A DNA stretch of 64,000 bases from a virus. Lineage: Duplodnaviria > Caudoviricetes. Of the stretch, positions 34,079 through 44,767 are shown piece after piece (the first letter of the stretch is position 1; the number at the start of each line of letters is the position of its first letter). The stretch is from positions 11,039 to 75,038 of the IMG/VR virus record IMGVR_UViG_2841454579_000002. The stretch is one strand, 5' to 3'. The notes beneath the pieces were generated by a model, which saw only the letters and a list, made by a program, of their open reading frames with translations, was not told where the DNA came from and did no database searches. A program made the position numbers and the translations under genes.

Positions 34079-35252
34079 CAAGGCATTCACGGTTCAGACA
34101 CGGGACGAGTTCAATGCTGTCTGGTTTCGGCCTACAACGACAAGTATGCTGGCCGGTGATTCAGCGACATTCACCAACAACTCGAATGTGTCTATCCGTA
34201 TAGACGGGTTTCTCAGTGATTACTGGACAAACACCAGTAGTCTTACACTGAGTCCGGGCCAATCATCTACACGGTATATTAAGAGCTCTCCAGCCAATTA
34301 TGATCAGGAACACTATCTCGGGGCTAATGCCCTGAGTGGTGGTTATGACCCCGATACCACACGGATTGTCGTCAGTTCGCCACCGGACAAAGAACCTGAT
34401 TCTTTTTCAATGGGGTCAGACATCAACGACTGTGACCCGAAAGTCACACAATCGGGCGGCTTTAACCTGACCGGCATCAACACGATGCCCGACATTACGT
34501 TCAGTAACACCATCAACGGCGGCTACCACACCCGCTGGCTTAATGGGACAACACTACGCATTAATTGGTGGTCGGACGCGCCCAGTGACTACGGCCAAGC
34601 GCGTACCATCACGTTCAAGGCAGGGAGTAAGTCCGATAATCTAGTGATCCGGACTAAGCAATGGCCGGACGTAGACCAGCTTATTGAACTGGGGATCACA
34701 AGCGGCACCATTAAACACAAAGACCATCTGGTTGATTTCTTCGGTGGCGATGCGCCGTACAAACTCACTAACCTGTATCGCGGTGCAGGACTTGTACCCA
34801 GTATCTACCAGAACCGTAATATCCCGACTTCCGGCCAGATTAAACTGACGGACTTCTATGGTGCGGCCAATGGCTTTTACTGGATTTATGCCCCGTCCGG
34901 ACGCTTCGCCCGCGCAAACATTCTGAACAGTTCGCAGACACTCAGCTACGATTGGATTGCGAAGAACGAGTTCGAAATCGGATACGGGATTCTGGCGGCA
35001 CACGTTGAGTACCGGTACACAATGACGGTTAACAGCGAGTCCACTGCCACCCCGACATTTCAGTCAACGCATGGTGTATCACTCGGGTCGTGGTCACAGA
35101 ACAACAAAGGTTTCCGTGTGAAGCACACGTGCCCGCAGGGATACGAGGAAATGATACGGGTAACTATCCACGTCCAGGCCAGAAACGCACAGGACACTAA
35201 AATATCCATCCAGCGCGACATAGAAGTGGTCTACTATTTCTACGGCGTATGA
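34071..35252 (+). CDS. Fibre-tip adhesin-like protein (putative)
   Basis: ITSGTI...LTNLYRGAGLVP...IPTSGQIKLTDFYGA attachment-type motif; follows the fibre gene. Confidence 0.65.
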   Translation: MANKAFTVQTRDEFNAVWFRPTTTSMLAGDSATFTNNSNVSIRIDGFLSDYWTNTSSLTLSPGQSSTRYIKSSPANYDQEHYLGANALSGGYDPDTTRIVVSSPPDKEPDSFSMGSDINDCDPKVTQSGGFNLTGINTMPDITFSNTINGGYHTRWLNGTTLRINWWSDAPSDYGQARTITFKAGSKSDNLVIRTKQWPDVDQLIELGITSGTIKHKDHLVDFFGGDAPYKLTNLYRGAGLVPSIYQNRNIPTSGQIKLTDFYGAANGFYWIYAPSGRFARANILNSSQTLSYDWIAKNEFEIGYGILAAHVEYRYTMTVNSESTATPTFQSTHGVSLGSWSQNNKGFRVKHTCPQGYEEMIRVTIHVQARNAQDTKISIQRDIEVVYYFYGV

Positions 35253-35260
35253 CGCAGAAC

Positions 35261-35289
35261 TTTACTCACAGAACGCTTACAGGCATACT
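35261..35289 (+). promoter_or_regulatory. Sigma70-like late promoter candidate
   Basis: TTTACT-N17-CATACT upstream of the portal operon. Confidence 0.5.
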
Positions 35290-35358
35290 TTAGGGACTGC
35301 ATCGTTCGATGCGTCCCTTACTTCCCCCTCAAATCTCACTCCCTCCGAGACCCCCAAA

Positions 35359-35580
35359 ATGACACAAAATACCACAGCATATAATCTTGCTTTGAACCTC
35401 CAGTCTCAACTGGACAACGCGAAAGCCCAGAACGAACAAATGTTTCAGGCGTTGGAGCGTTTAGCTACAAAAGCCGGTGTTACAGAACCAGCCGGTATTG
35501 ACTCACTTGTTTCCCAGATTGAGGCTTGCATCCTGCCTGCAGGACAGAGTTCTCCACCAAAAGGCGAAAAAACGAAATAG
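35359..35580 (+). CDS. Hypothetical coiled-coil protein
   Basis: 73-aa ORF upstream of the portal. Confidence 0.7.
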   Translation: MTQNTTAYNLALNLQSQLDNAKAQNEQMFQALERLATKAGVTEPAGIDSLVSQIEACILPAGQSSPPKGEKTK

Positions 35581-35681
35581 TTTTGTTTTCGTCACTAACA
35601 GTGATCTAATTCTCCCCGTTGACAGCAAATTCCCCCACGTTGTTGACCAATTTAACTAACCATTAAGTTGCCTTCCTACAG

Positions 35682-37814
35682 ATGACCACCGACCATCCTA
35701 CCGATAATGCCCCACCTAAGATCCGCCTTACCGACTGGACTAATGAGCCAACATTAGCCCAGTTAAAGCGAGATCATCAAGACGCCCAGGTTGAGACCAG
35801 CCAGCACAATGAAAATATTGACCGCTGGCTGGATAACCTCAACATCACGGGTACAGCGAAACTTCCTAAGCAAAAGAATCGCTCCTCAGTCCAACCAAAG
35901 CTAATCCGCAAACAGGCCGAATGGCGGTATTCATCCCTGTCTGAACCCTTCCTCTCTACACCTGATATTTTCAACGTATCTCCGGTGACCTATGAAGACA
36001 GACGCGCAGCCCAGCAAAACGAACTCGTACTGAACCACCAATTCAACAACCAGCTGAATAAAGTCAAACTGATTGACGACTATATCCACACCGCAGTTGA
36101 TGAAGGCACAGTCATTGTCCGTGTAGGCTGGGAACTGGAAGAAGAAGAAGTCACCAAAGAAGTTCCTGTGTTCGCAGAACAATCCCTAGACCCTTATGAC
36201 CCTTCACACAACCAGTTCGTCCAGCAGCTGCAGGAATTGATGTCACTGGCTCAGGCAGACCCTGAAGCCTTTGAAGCTGCTCCTGAAGAAATGAAGCGTT
36301 CTGTACAACGTACCATGGAATTAGGCTACCCCATTGAAGTCTACATTTCAGAATACAAAACGGTTACCGAAAATAAGGTTGTTAAGAATCAGCCCACCGC
36401 AGAAGTCTGCGACTACAATGATGTGGTCGTAGACCCCTCCTGTAAAGGTGATGCAGAGAAAGCGAAGTTTATTGTTTATCGCTTTACTACTTCTCTGGAA
36501 GAACTACGTTCAGCAGGTCTGTACGAAAATCTGGATAGTATTCAGGTCACGAACAACAGCCCGTTAGCACAGGCTGATGAGAACGACCCTGATAACATGT
36601 CCTTTAACTTTAAGGACGAACCTCGCAAGAAGTTCTATGCCTATGAGTATTGGGGTTACTGGGATATACACGGTAACGGAACCGTTAAGCCAATCGTTGC
36701 AACATACGTAGGTGACACGCTTATCCGTATGGAAGAAAACCCGTTCCCGGATAAAAAGATTCCATTTGTCATTGTCCCGTATCTGCCGGTAAAGAACTCT
36801 CTTTACGGTGAACCGGACGGTGAACTTATAAAGGATAATCAGGACATCGTGGGCGCAGTAACCCGCGGCATGATAGATATCCTTGGCTCAGTAGCTAACG
36901 GTCAACGTGGCTACCGCAAAGACGCACTGGATGCCTTAAACCGCAGACGGTTTGAGCAGGGTAAAGACTACGAGTTCAATTCTAATGTTGATCCCCGTAT
37001 GGCTTTCCACACACATGCCTTTGCAGAAATCCCTGTATCAGCGCAGTTCATGCACCAACATCAAAGTGCTGAAGCAGATTCAATGACCGGCGTTAAATCA
37101 TTCGGGGCCGGTATCTCCGGCAATGCTCTGGGTGATACAGCCACTGGTGTAAGAGGTGCATTAGATGCAGCATCAAAACGTGAACTGGGTATTCTCAGAC
37201 GACTGGCCAACGGTATAGTTGCCATAGGACGAAAGTTCATTTCGATGAACTCACAGTTCTTGTCCGATGAAGAAATTATCCGTGTTACCAACGAAAAGTT
37301 TGTAGCCATTAAACGTGAAGAACTGGCCGGCAGCTTTGACCTGAAGCTATCCATATCTACCGCCGAGGAAGATAACGCGAAAGCACAGGAACTGGCTTTC
37401 ATGTTACAGACTACCGGCCCGTCTTCAGACCCTGCAGAGGTTCGCATGATCCGTGCTGAGATTGCACGGTTACGTAAAATGCCGGACCTCGCCAAGAAGA
37501 TTGAGGAATACCAGCCACAGCCGGACCCTATCCAACAACAGAAGGCCGCGCTGGAACTGGAAGAACTCAAAGTGCAGATAGCCAAACTTCAGGCTGAAAC
37601 ACAGAAGATCTTCTCTGAAATCAATCTCAATGCTGCCAAAGCCGATGAGACCACTTCTAAAGCTGACCGCAATAACCTCGACTTCCTTCAGGAAGAGTCA
37701 GGTGTGAACCAGGAACGTGAGTTGCAGAAACAGGGCGCACAGGCCCGTGCAAACATCCAGCTGGAAGCGGCCAAAGCTGCCTTATCTCCTAAGCAGCAAT
37801 CTACTCAAAACTAA
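35682..37814 (+). CDS. Portal protein (N4 gp59-like)
   Basis: LTDWTNEPTL, VQPKLIRKQAEWRY, YEYWGYWDI and RGALDAASKRE. Confidence 0.96.
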   Translation: MTTDHPTDNAPPKIRLTDWTNEPTLAQLKRDHQDAQVETSQHNENIDRWLDNLNITGTAKLPKQKNRSSVQPKLIRKQAEWRYSSLSEPFLSTPDIFNVSPVTYEDRRAAQQNELVLNHQFNNQLNKVKLIDDYIHTAVDEGTVIVRVGWELEEEEVTKEVPVFAEQSLDPYDPSHNQFVQQLQELMSLAQADPEAFEAAPEEMKRSVQRTMELGYPIEVYISEYKTVTENKVVKNQPTAEVCDYNDVVVDPSCKGDAEKAKFIVYRFTTSLEELRSAGLYENLDSIQVTNNSPLAQADENDPDNMSFNFKDEPRKKFYAYEYWGYWDIHGNGTVKPIVATYVGDTLIRMEENPFPDKKIPFVIVPYLPVKNSLYGEPDGELIKDNQDIVGAVTRGMIDILGSVANGQRGYRKDALDALNRRRFEQGKDYEFNSNVDPRMAFHTHAFAEIPVSAQFMHQHQSAEADSMTGVKSFGAGISGNALGDTATGVRGALDAASKRELGILRRLANGIVAIGRKFISMNSQFLSDEEIIRVTNEKFVAIKREELAGSFDLKLSISTAEEDNAKAQELAFMLQTTGPSSDPAEVRMIRAEIARLRKMPDLAKKIEEYQPQPDPIQQQKAALELEELKVQIAKLQAETQKIFSEINLNAAKADETTSKADRNNLDFLQEESGVNQERELQKQGAQARANIQLEAAKAALSPKQQSTQN

Positions 37815-37887
37815 CCATCCGTGGCGCATTCCCGCGCCACTCAATCCCCCAATCTGAGCCGCAAGGCCAGGAAACTAAGGAAATACT

Positions 37888-38229
37888 ATGTCTACTGACA
37901 ACGCAATCAAAGAAATCGAAATCTCTAAAAAAGACGCTGAAAAGCTGGTAGATGATGCCCGCGCTGTAAACCGTCTACTGAAGAACCGCGACTTTAAGCG
38001 TGTGATTACAGAAGGTTTCTTTGAGAAAGAAGCAGTCCGTCTTGTACTGCTGAAATCGGATCCAAACTTCCAAAGTCCTGAAGACCAGGCTTCTCTGTTA
38101 ACCGCAATGGACGGTATCGGTGTGTTACGTCACTACCTGCAAACCCGTCTGGTATTAGGTGATCAAGCCTCAGCATCCATTGAAGATTTGGATGCAGAAC
38201 TTGAAGAACTGCGCGAAGAAGCGGAGTAA
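37888..38229 (+). CDS. N4 gp58-like protein
   Basis: RLLKNRDFKRVITEGFFEKEAVRLV; synteny. Confidence 0.85.
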   Translation: MSTDNAIKEIEISKKDAEKLVDDARAVNRLLKNRDFKRVITEGFFEKEAVRLVLLKSDPNFQSPEDQASLLTAMDGIGVLRHYLQTRLVLGDQASASIEDLDAELEELREEAE

Positions 38230-38234
38230 GTTAA

Positions 38235-39374
38235 ATGGGTGACGATATTCTGGGTATGTCCGATGAGGACTTTATGAATGCGTCATTTGACACCCCTGTT
38301 GAGGACTCTGCTACGGCGGAGTCTGCAAGCGACAGCGGTGCAGACGACTTTTCCGAAGAAACCACTGTATACGAAGAAGGTACAGACGAAAGCCATGATG
38401 ACTTTGAATCCGAAGCTGAAGCAGAAGCTGATGAAGCCGATGGTGAACATGAGGCCGCTGATGAATCCGGAGAACTGGAGGAATCCCCAGCCGGTGAGAC
38501 CGATCCCGATGAGTCTGGTGATGAAGCGTCTGAACCGGACAGTGCAGACAGCGTAGACTACAAAAGCGAATATGAACGGCTACTGGCTCCCTTTAAAGCC
38601 AATGGTCGTGATATGCAGGTCAGCAACGTAGATGAAGCTATTACGTTGATGCAGCAAGGTGCTAACTACAACAAGAAGATGACAGCGTTAAAACCAAACC
38701 TCAAATTAATGAGGATGTTGGATAACCATAGTCTGCTTGATGAAGGTAAGTTATCGTACCTGATAGATCTGGATAAGAAGAATCCGGATGCAATTAAAAA
38801 GCTGATTAAAGATAGCGGCATCGACACCTACGAACTGGACGGTGAAGATACTGACTACAAGCCCAACACTTACACTGTTGACGACGCTGAAATGGAACTG
38901 GCTTCAGTCCTTGACGAAATCAAGGGAACGGATGCCTATGAAAAGACAGTACAAGTGGTCAGCAATAAGTGGGACACAGCCAGCCGACAAGCCATTCTCA
39001 ATAACCCTCAAACTTTAGCAGTAATCAATGAACACGTAGCATCTGGTATCTACGATCAAATCACTGCCGAAATTGAGCGTGAACGTATGTTTGGGCGGTT
39101 ATCAGGACTCTCTGATATCGAAGCATACCGCCAAGTTGGTGATCGCCTACATGCCGCCGGTAAGTTCCGCAAACCGGACGCCGCGCAAAACCCTCCCCGT
39201 AGCAACGAAAGACCAACACCCACACCAAACAAAAAACCTGCTGAAGAAGTGCGAAAACAGAAACAGCGTGTTTCAACTCCACGGTCTTCAAAAGGTGCTT
39301 CACCCGAACCCACCTTTAATCCCCTCGCCATGTCTGACGATGAATTTCTCAAACAATTCTCTGAGATGGCTTAA
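38235..39374 (+). CDS. N4 gp57-like protein (scaffold-like, often annotated as tape measure)
   Basis: Acidic N-terminus, PFKANGR, LMQQGANY and NPLAMSDDEF. Confidence 0.9.
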   Translation: MGDDILGMSDEDFMNASFDTPVEDSATAESASDSGADDFSEETTVYEEGTDESHDDFESEAEAEADEADGEHEAADESGELEESPAGETDPDESGDEASEPDSADSVDYKSEYERLLAPFKANGRDMQVSNVDEAITLMQQGANYNKKMTALKPNLKLMRMLDNHSLLDEGKLSYLIDLDKKNPDAIKKLIKDSGIDTYELDGEDTDYKPNTYTVDDAEMELASVLDEIKGTDAYEKTVQVVSNKWDTASRQAILNNPQTLAVINEHVASGIYDQITAEIERERMFGRLSGLSDIEAYRQVGDRLHAAGKFRKPDAAQNPPRSNERPTPTPNKKPAEEVRKQKQRVSTPRSSKGASPEPTFNPLAMSDDEFLKQFSEMA

Positions 39375-39394
39375 TGAATAGTTAGGACTATTTC

Positions 39395-40558
39395 ATGTCT
39401 CAAATTTATAACTCTCCTGTAAACGGTCAGGCTTCTTCTATCGGTCCTCAGCACCGTACTGATGTCCACCTTAAACGCGCTCTGGTTGAGGCGGTAAAAG
39501 AAGAATACTTCGGCCAGCTGGCTACTTCTAAGCACATGCCGAAGAACATGGGTAAAACCATGAAGCTGTTCCACTACCTGCCGTTGCTTGACGAACGTAA
39601 CATCAACGACCAGGGTATTGACGCATCCGGTGCAGCAATTGCAGACGGTAACCTGTACGGGTCTTCTAAAGACATCGGTACTATTACTTCTAAGATCCCT
39701 CTGTTGTCTGAAACAGGCGGTCGTGTAAACCGTGTTGGCTTCCGCCGTATCTCTATCGAAGGTACGCTGGAAAAGATGGGTTTCTTTGAAGAGTACACGC
39801 AGGAATCTCTGGACTTCGATACTGATGAAGATCTGCAATCTCACGTAAACCGTGAAATGACTGTAGGTGCTGACCAGTTAACTGAAGCTATCCTGCAATC
39901 AGACATCATCAACGCTGCCGGTACTGTGAAGTATGCAGGTACTGCATTGTCAGACGCTGATGTAAAAGTAACTGACCTGGTAACGTATGACGATCTGATT
40001 AAGTTATCTATCGACCTGGACAACAACCGTACACCTAAGCAAACCAAAGTCATTACCGGTACTCGTATCATCGACACCCGCGTAATCTCCGGTGGCCGCA
40101 TCATGTACACCAGTTCTGAGTTGATCCCGACTCTGATGGCCATGAAGGACTACCACGGCAATCCTGCGTTTGTTGAAGTGAAGCACTACGCTGCCGCAGG
40201 CAACACTGTACGTGGTGAAGTAGGCTCTATCGCTGGCTTCCGTATCGTAACCCCACTGGAAATGCAACGCTGGGAAGGCGCTGGTGCAGCTGGTGACGGT
40301 TCTACTTACGAAACCAACGGTAAAGTTGACGTATTCCCGATGCTGGTTGTTGGTGATGAGTCATTCGCTACCATCGGTTTCCAGACTGACGGTAAGACTG
40401 TTAAGTTCAAAATCATCCACAAAAAGCCTGGCGTTGAAACCGCTGACCGTACTGACCCTTACGGTGAAACTGGCTTCATGGCGATCAAATGGTACTACGG
40501 CTTCCTGCCGTTACGTTCCGAGCGTATTGCACTGCTGAAGACAGCTGCTAAAGCATAA
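39395..40558 (+). CDS. Major capsid protein (N4 gp56-like)
   Basis: [33 protein letters not shown] and DPYGETGF. Confidence 0.97.
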   Translation: MSQIYNSPVNGQASSIGPQHRTDVHLKRALVEAVKEEYFGQLATSKHMPKNMGKTMKLFHYLPLLDERNINDQGIDASGAAIADGNLYGSSKDIGTITSKIPLLSETGGRVNRVGFRRISIEGTLEKMGFFEEYTQESLDFDTDEDLQSHVNREMTVGADQLTEAILQSDIINAAGTVKYAGTALSDADVKVTDLVTYDDLIKLSIDLDNNRTPKQTKVITGTRIIDTRVISGGRIMYTSSELIPTLMAMKDYHGNPAFVEVKHYAAAGNTVRGEVGSIAGFRIVTPLEMQRWEGAGAAGDGSTYETNGKVDVFPMLVVGDESFATIGFQTDGKTVKFKIIHKKPGVETADRTDPYGETGFMAIKWYYGFLPLRSERIALLKTAAKA

Positions 40559-40568
40559 CCCGCCTGCC

Positions 40569-40599
40569 GCCCTCTACGTCTGTAGGGGGCTTCCTCTTT
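40569..40599 (+). terminator. Terminator after the capsid gene
   Basis: GCCCTCTAC/GTAGGGGGC stem with an imperfect T-tract. Confidence 0.55.
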
Positions 40600-40621
40600 C
40601 CCCTCATTAAACGAGACTCCT

Positions 40622-41137
40622 ATGTCAGAAGTAACCCTGGAACAATTGAAAAATGAAGCTGATGCGCTGGGTGTTAATTACCATCCTTCCATCGGTGAAG
40701 ACAAACTGGCCGCTAAAATCGCAGAGTTCAAATCCGGACTGAAAGGCGAAGCTGCGCCAGCAGAAGCTGAGCCTGCACCGGTAAACGATGTTGCCGAACT
40801 GAAGAAACAGGCCGGTAAGTTAATCCGCATTAACGTATCGTGCATGAACGCTGCCAAAAAAGACTGGGATGGTGAAATCATCACAGCCGGTAATACCACT
40901 GTAGGTACATTCCGTAAGTTCGTTAAATTCAACACTGAAGAAGGCTGGCACGTACCCCAGGCTATCTACAATGTTCTGAAAGCCCGTAAGTACAATGTCT
41001 TCTACACGAAGAAAACAAAGAACGGCGTGAACCAGCGTGCTGCACGTCTGGTTAATGAGTTCTCTATTGAAGTGCTGCCTGACCTGACTGAAGCAGAATT
41101 AGCAGATCTGGCTAAAGCACAAGCTGCACGGGGTTAA
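40622..41137 (+). CDS. N4 gp55-like protein
   Basis: LGVNYHPSIG, LIRINVSCMN, GWHVP and EFSIEVLP. Confidence 0.88.
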   Translation: MSEVTLEQLKNEADALGVNYHPSIGEDKLAAKIAEFKSGLKGEAAPAEAEPAPVNDVAELKKQAGKLIRINVSCMNAAKKDWDGEIITAGNTTVGTFRKFVKFNTEEGWHVPQAIYNVLKARKYNVFYTKKTKNGVNQRAARLVNEFSIEVLPDLTEAELADLAKAQAARG

Positions 41138-41140
41138 TAA

Positions 41141-42304
41141 ATGAATCTGGATAGCCTGACACAAGGTATACCGGACGGTACGGGTACATTCGATCTGCTG
41201 ATGCAGTCCATTAAGGCGCATCTTACCGAAGAGTACGATAAGAACCGTCTGAACGGCGAAGAGTATTCCCGCCTGTATTTGAATCTGACTACCGCAGTCC
41301 TTCAACAGGCAATCCAGTATCAGTTATCAGAACCTCAGTCTGCCGCACAGGTAGACGTACTTAAAGCCCAGAAAGACCAGATTGACGCACAGACAGCCAT
41401 GCTTGCCCAACAACGGGCAAATGCGGTTACTGAGGGCCAGAACCTGATTAAGCAGGGACTCCTGCTAGATTCACAGCTTCTGGCTTCAGGGGAAGAAGTC
41501 CAGCGTATTGCCGCTCAGACAGATCAAATCACGCAACAAACCAGCAACCTCGTTAAAGAGGGTGTGAACATTGGTAAACAAGCAGATCTGATTGATGCCC
41601 AGGTAGCTACCGCAAACGCTGAAATACTTCGTGTTCAGAAGAACACAGCCGTCTTGACTCAACAGGCCATAAACCTCGCGTCTGAGAACTCAAACTTACA
41701 GGCGCAGCATACCATCCTGACCAAACAGGCAACGAAACTTGATGCGGATACTGATTTCGTAGGGGCACAGAAAGGCCACCTGACCGCACAAACCTCTGTA
41801 GTAAACCAGCAGGCCAGTAACCTGACCGCAGAGGGTCTGAACATACCGAAGCAAGGTATTCTCCTGGATAAGCAGGCAGCGCAGTTAGATGACGAACTTC
41901 TGACTTCCGCGAAAACCCGCGAACGTGCTGATGCTGATATCGCACTATCCACTGTTCAGGCTTCCAAAGTTGCCAGCGATGTAGAGGTAAACACCGCATC
42001 CATTACCAAATCCACGAAAGAAGTGGAAATACTGGAGCAACGCAGAAAGTCCGAAGTAGCGCAAACTTCTGATTCTGTAGACGGTGTACTGGTTACTGGT
42101 CTTCTGGGCCGACAGCGCGAACTGTACGGTGCACAGATTGACGGTTTCAAACGTGATGCTGAGCAGAAAGTACTGAAGACGTTTGCTGATATCTGGTCAG
42201 TACAACGGACTACCGATAATGGCCTGTCACCGAATGACTGGGGATTCACACAAACAGCTGTGACCTCAGCGATTACTAAGGCACTGGCCGGTATAGACGC
42301 ATAG
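41141..42304 (+). CDS. Tail tube protein (N4 gp54-like)
   Basis: GTGTFDLLM...GLLGRQRELYGAQIDGFKRDAE, with a long heptad-repeat middle. Confidence 0.88.
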   Translation: MNLDSLTQGIPDGTGTFDLLMQSIKAHLTEEYDKNRLNGEEYSRLYLNLTTAVLQQAIQYQLSEPQSAAQVDVLKAQKDQIDAQTAMLAQQRANAVTEGQNLIKQGLLLDSQLLASGEEVQRIAAQTDQITQQTSNLVKEGVNIGKQADLIDAQVATANAEILRVQKNTAVLTQQAINLASENSNLQAQHTILTKQATKLDADTDFVGAQKGHLTAQTSVVNQQASNLTAEGLNIPKQGILLDKQAAQLDDELLTSAKTRERADADIALSTVQASKVASDVEVNTASITKSTKEVEILEQRRKSEVAQTSDSVDGVLVTGLLGRQRELYGAQIDGFKRDAEQKVLKTFADIWSVQRTTDNGLSPNDWGFTQTAVTSAITKALAGIDA

Positions 42305-42333
42305 TTTGTACTTCAACGATTAACTAAGTGAGG

Positions 42334-42361
42334 GGGAGGGGCGAAAGCCTCTCCTTTTTTT
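42334..42361 (+). terminator. Rho-independent terminator
   Basis: GGGAGGGGC-GAAA-GCCTCTCC followed by a T-tract. Confidence 0.7.
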
Positions 42362-44758
42362 ATGGGTTACGTAATATCCGCTTCGACTTCTACAGTACCA
42401 CTCTACGATGAGTATCCGGAGCCGGCACTGGAAGCTATACACTCTGCTATTTTCTCAGGCGATGCTATCCGTACAACGGTCATTGACCGTGCTATGAACG
42501 GTATGAATAAAGCCATAGAGAAGTACTACCAGTACGGTAAAACCAGTTATGTGAACGGTGTACCGAAAACCGTCTACACGGGGCGTACTGCCAATGAATC
42601 CAGCCTGATTGAATTTCTGACCGGCGTTGAAGGCCGTCCGATCACGGTAGACCAGTTTAAGTACGGTACACCGACCACAGAACAGTTCATACGGTACTAT
42701 CTGAATCACAACCATGGATTAAACCTTCTGACAGGCACTGTGACGAGTTTACCGGCCCAGAGCAGCATTGATATGGATGAGGACTATAATTCCTCACTGG
42801 CTGATGCTGAGACGCAAATACGGGAACAAACAGACGCACTGAAAGCCGGTATTCCGGTAGACAGGGAAGAATCTATCACCGATATCTATGAGGGTGAGAC
42901 TGTTACCCGTGTCGATACTTACGTTGTCCTGCAGAAAGAATCAGTAAAGTGTATCGGCAGTAAAACCCGTTCTGTGAAGTATGTTGACTATGAAGTAACT
43001 GGCACGGGCGAAGCCCTGCCAGTGTACACGCTTAATATGTCCGGCTATCAGGATGTGAAATGTAATGCCAGCGGTTCCGTCAGTTATCAGGAAACCCGTA
43101 CACGAAAATACGTCAGGGCAGACGGTACTGAGACCGGCCATGAAACTACTGTCTTTGATAAGGTGAAGTTGTCTACTGGTTTGCAGACCTACACGTATTC
43201 TTACACTTACCCGTACAGTGATGATTACACGTCCGACTATCAGGTAGACATGGTGTATACGTACGTGGAATACAGCTTTGAAGCTGAAGGCATTACTGTT
43301 ACGAAGGCATATATTGATCAGGAAGATATGCTGACGCTTCTGATCGGTGACGACAGAGAAAACCCGTTTATTGACCTCAAATACCGTGAAGTGGATATCG
43401 CCGTAGAAGGAGGTAACTATCCGGTGGTATTTCTACGTCACCAGCAGGAAGATTACTTAACGGAAGCCAGGCAGGAAGAAGTAGAGTTTACACAAGCACA
43501 ACACATGTTGGACATGTTCGGCATTGATATCCTTGAACTCAGGGATAACATCAATGAGAACGAAGACGTAAACGACATTGACGAAGCCTACTTCATGCTG
43601 GCCATACAGCTGAATAACGATAGCAAAGCCGCTAAGAGTTATGCTTTTGACTTCTGGCTTGATGCGTATGAGAACTCTCCGGAAACAGGCCGGTTTGATC
43701 CGCTAAACGGTACACCAGGGCTTCTGGCTTTCGACAGTCATGTCATGGCCGTCACTATCTCTGATGCAGTATTCGACTTACAGGTGATGTATGCCGGCAT
43801 TGGGTTACGTTATGTTGAAGGTGTTCTGGATGACACCGGTGAAGTGTCTCTTGAGTACTCCGAAATTAACGATGTCCCTTACCTGACTTATAAAAAGCAG
43901 ATTGACGATAACACGTATGCAATTCTGAAAGTCGCAGATCCGATGCATCGCAACACGGTGTACGGGGATGGTGTTATTGAGACACGACTCAAAGATTACT
44001 GGGAAGACGATGAAAACCATAACTTCATTATCCCGCTACGCAGAGATCTGGTTCAGAAACAGAACCCGCTACAGCAGGAGCAGCTGCACTATGTCGGCCT
44101 GATGTTGGTATTCCACGCCTACGATAAACGCAAAACCAAATGGTATGAATCCAGTCTGTTTAAAGCCTTCCTGATAGTGGTAGCTATAGTGGTCATTGCG
44201 TATACAGGGTATGATATCTATACCAGTACCGCCGCTGCATTTGCTCAGGGCGGTACGGCAGCAGCTGCAACCTACCTTGCCACAGTCGTCCTGACATCAA
44301 TTGCCATTAACATCGCTATCAAGTACACCGTGAAAGTAATCGGACCGGAACTGGCGTTTCTTGTGGCAGTCGTTACAATCGTAGCTGCCATGTACGGCTA
44401 TATGTCCGAGACATCCTTTCTGGATATCGACCCTAAGACGCTACTTTCTGTAGGTACGTCAATCGGTAAGGAAAATAACGAACAACTGACAGCGGTACTT
44501 CAGTCTGAGATGGAAGCCTTTGAGGAAGAATACGACCTCATGAAGGAAGATATCGAGACACTGAAAGAACTGCTCAGTACATCCAACCTCGTTGATCCTT
44601 ACAGCTTCATTAACCGGCCCCATACCATCAACCTAAACGAAACCGCTGACCAGTTTCTCCAACGGTCACTTATCTCCAATCCGGGAGTGCTGGCTTACGA
44701 TCTCATTGATAACTACGTTGCCACGCAAGTTCAACTCCCCAAACCACAGTACACATAG
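42362..44758 (+). CDS. Virion structural protein (N4 gp53-like)
   Basis: FIIPL, KTKWYESSLFK followed by a hydrophobic C-terminal region; synteny. Confidence 0.85.
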   Translation: MGYVISASTSTVPLYDEYPEPALEAIHSAIFSGDAIRTTVIDRAMNGMNKAIEKYYQYGKTSYVNGVPKTVYTGRTANESSLIEFLTGVEGRPITVDQFKYGTPTTEQFIRYYLNHNHGLNLLTGTVTSLPAQSSIDMDEDYNSSLADAETQIREQTDALKAGIPVDREESITDIYEGETVTRVDTYVVLQKESVKCIGSKTRSVKYVDYEVTGTGEALPVYTLNMSGYQDVKCNASGSVSYQETRTRKYVRADGTETGHETTVFDKVKLSTGLQTYTYSYTYPYSDDYTSDYQVDMVYTYVEYSFEAEGITVTKAYIDQEDMLTLLIGDDRENPFIDLKYREVDIAVEGGNYPVVFLRHQQEDYLTEARQEEVEFTQAQHMLDMFGIDILELRDNINENEDVNDIDEAYFMLAIQLNNDSKAAKSYAFDFWLDAYENSPETGRFDPLNGTPGLLAFDSHVMAVTISDAVFDLQVMYAGIGLRYVEGVLDDTGEVSLEYSEINDVPYLTYKKQIDDNTYAILKVADPMHRNTVYGDGVIETRLKDYWEDDENHNFIIPLRRDLVQKQNPLQQEQLHYVGLMLVFHAYDKRKTKWYESSLFKAFLIVVAIVVIAYTGYDIYTSTAAAFAQGGTAAAATYLATVVLTSIAINIAIKYTVKVIGPELAFLVAVVTIVAAMYGYMSETSFLDIDPKTLLSVGTSIGKENNEQLTAVLQSEMEAFEEEYDLMKEDIETLKELLSTSNLVDPYSFINRPHTINLNETADQFLQRSLISNPGVLAYDLIDNYVATQVQLPKPQYT

Positions 44759-44767
44759 GTAAATACC

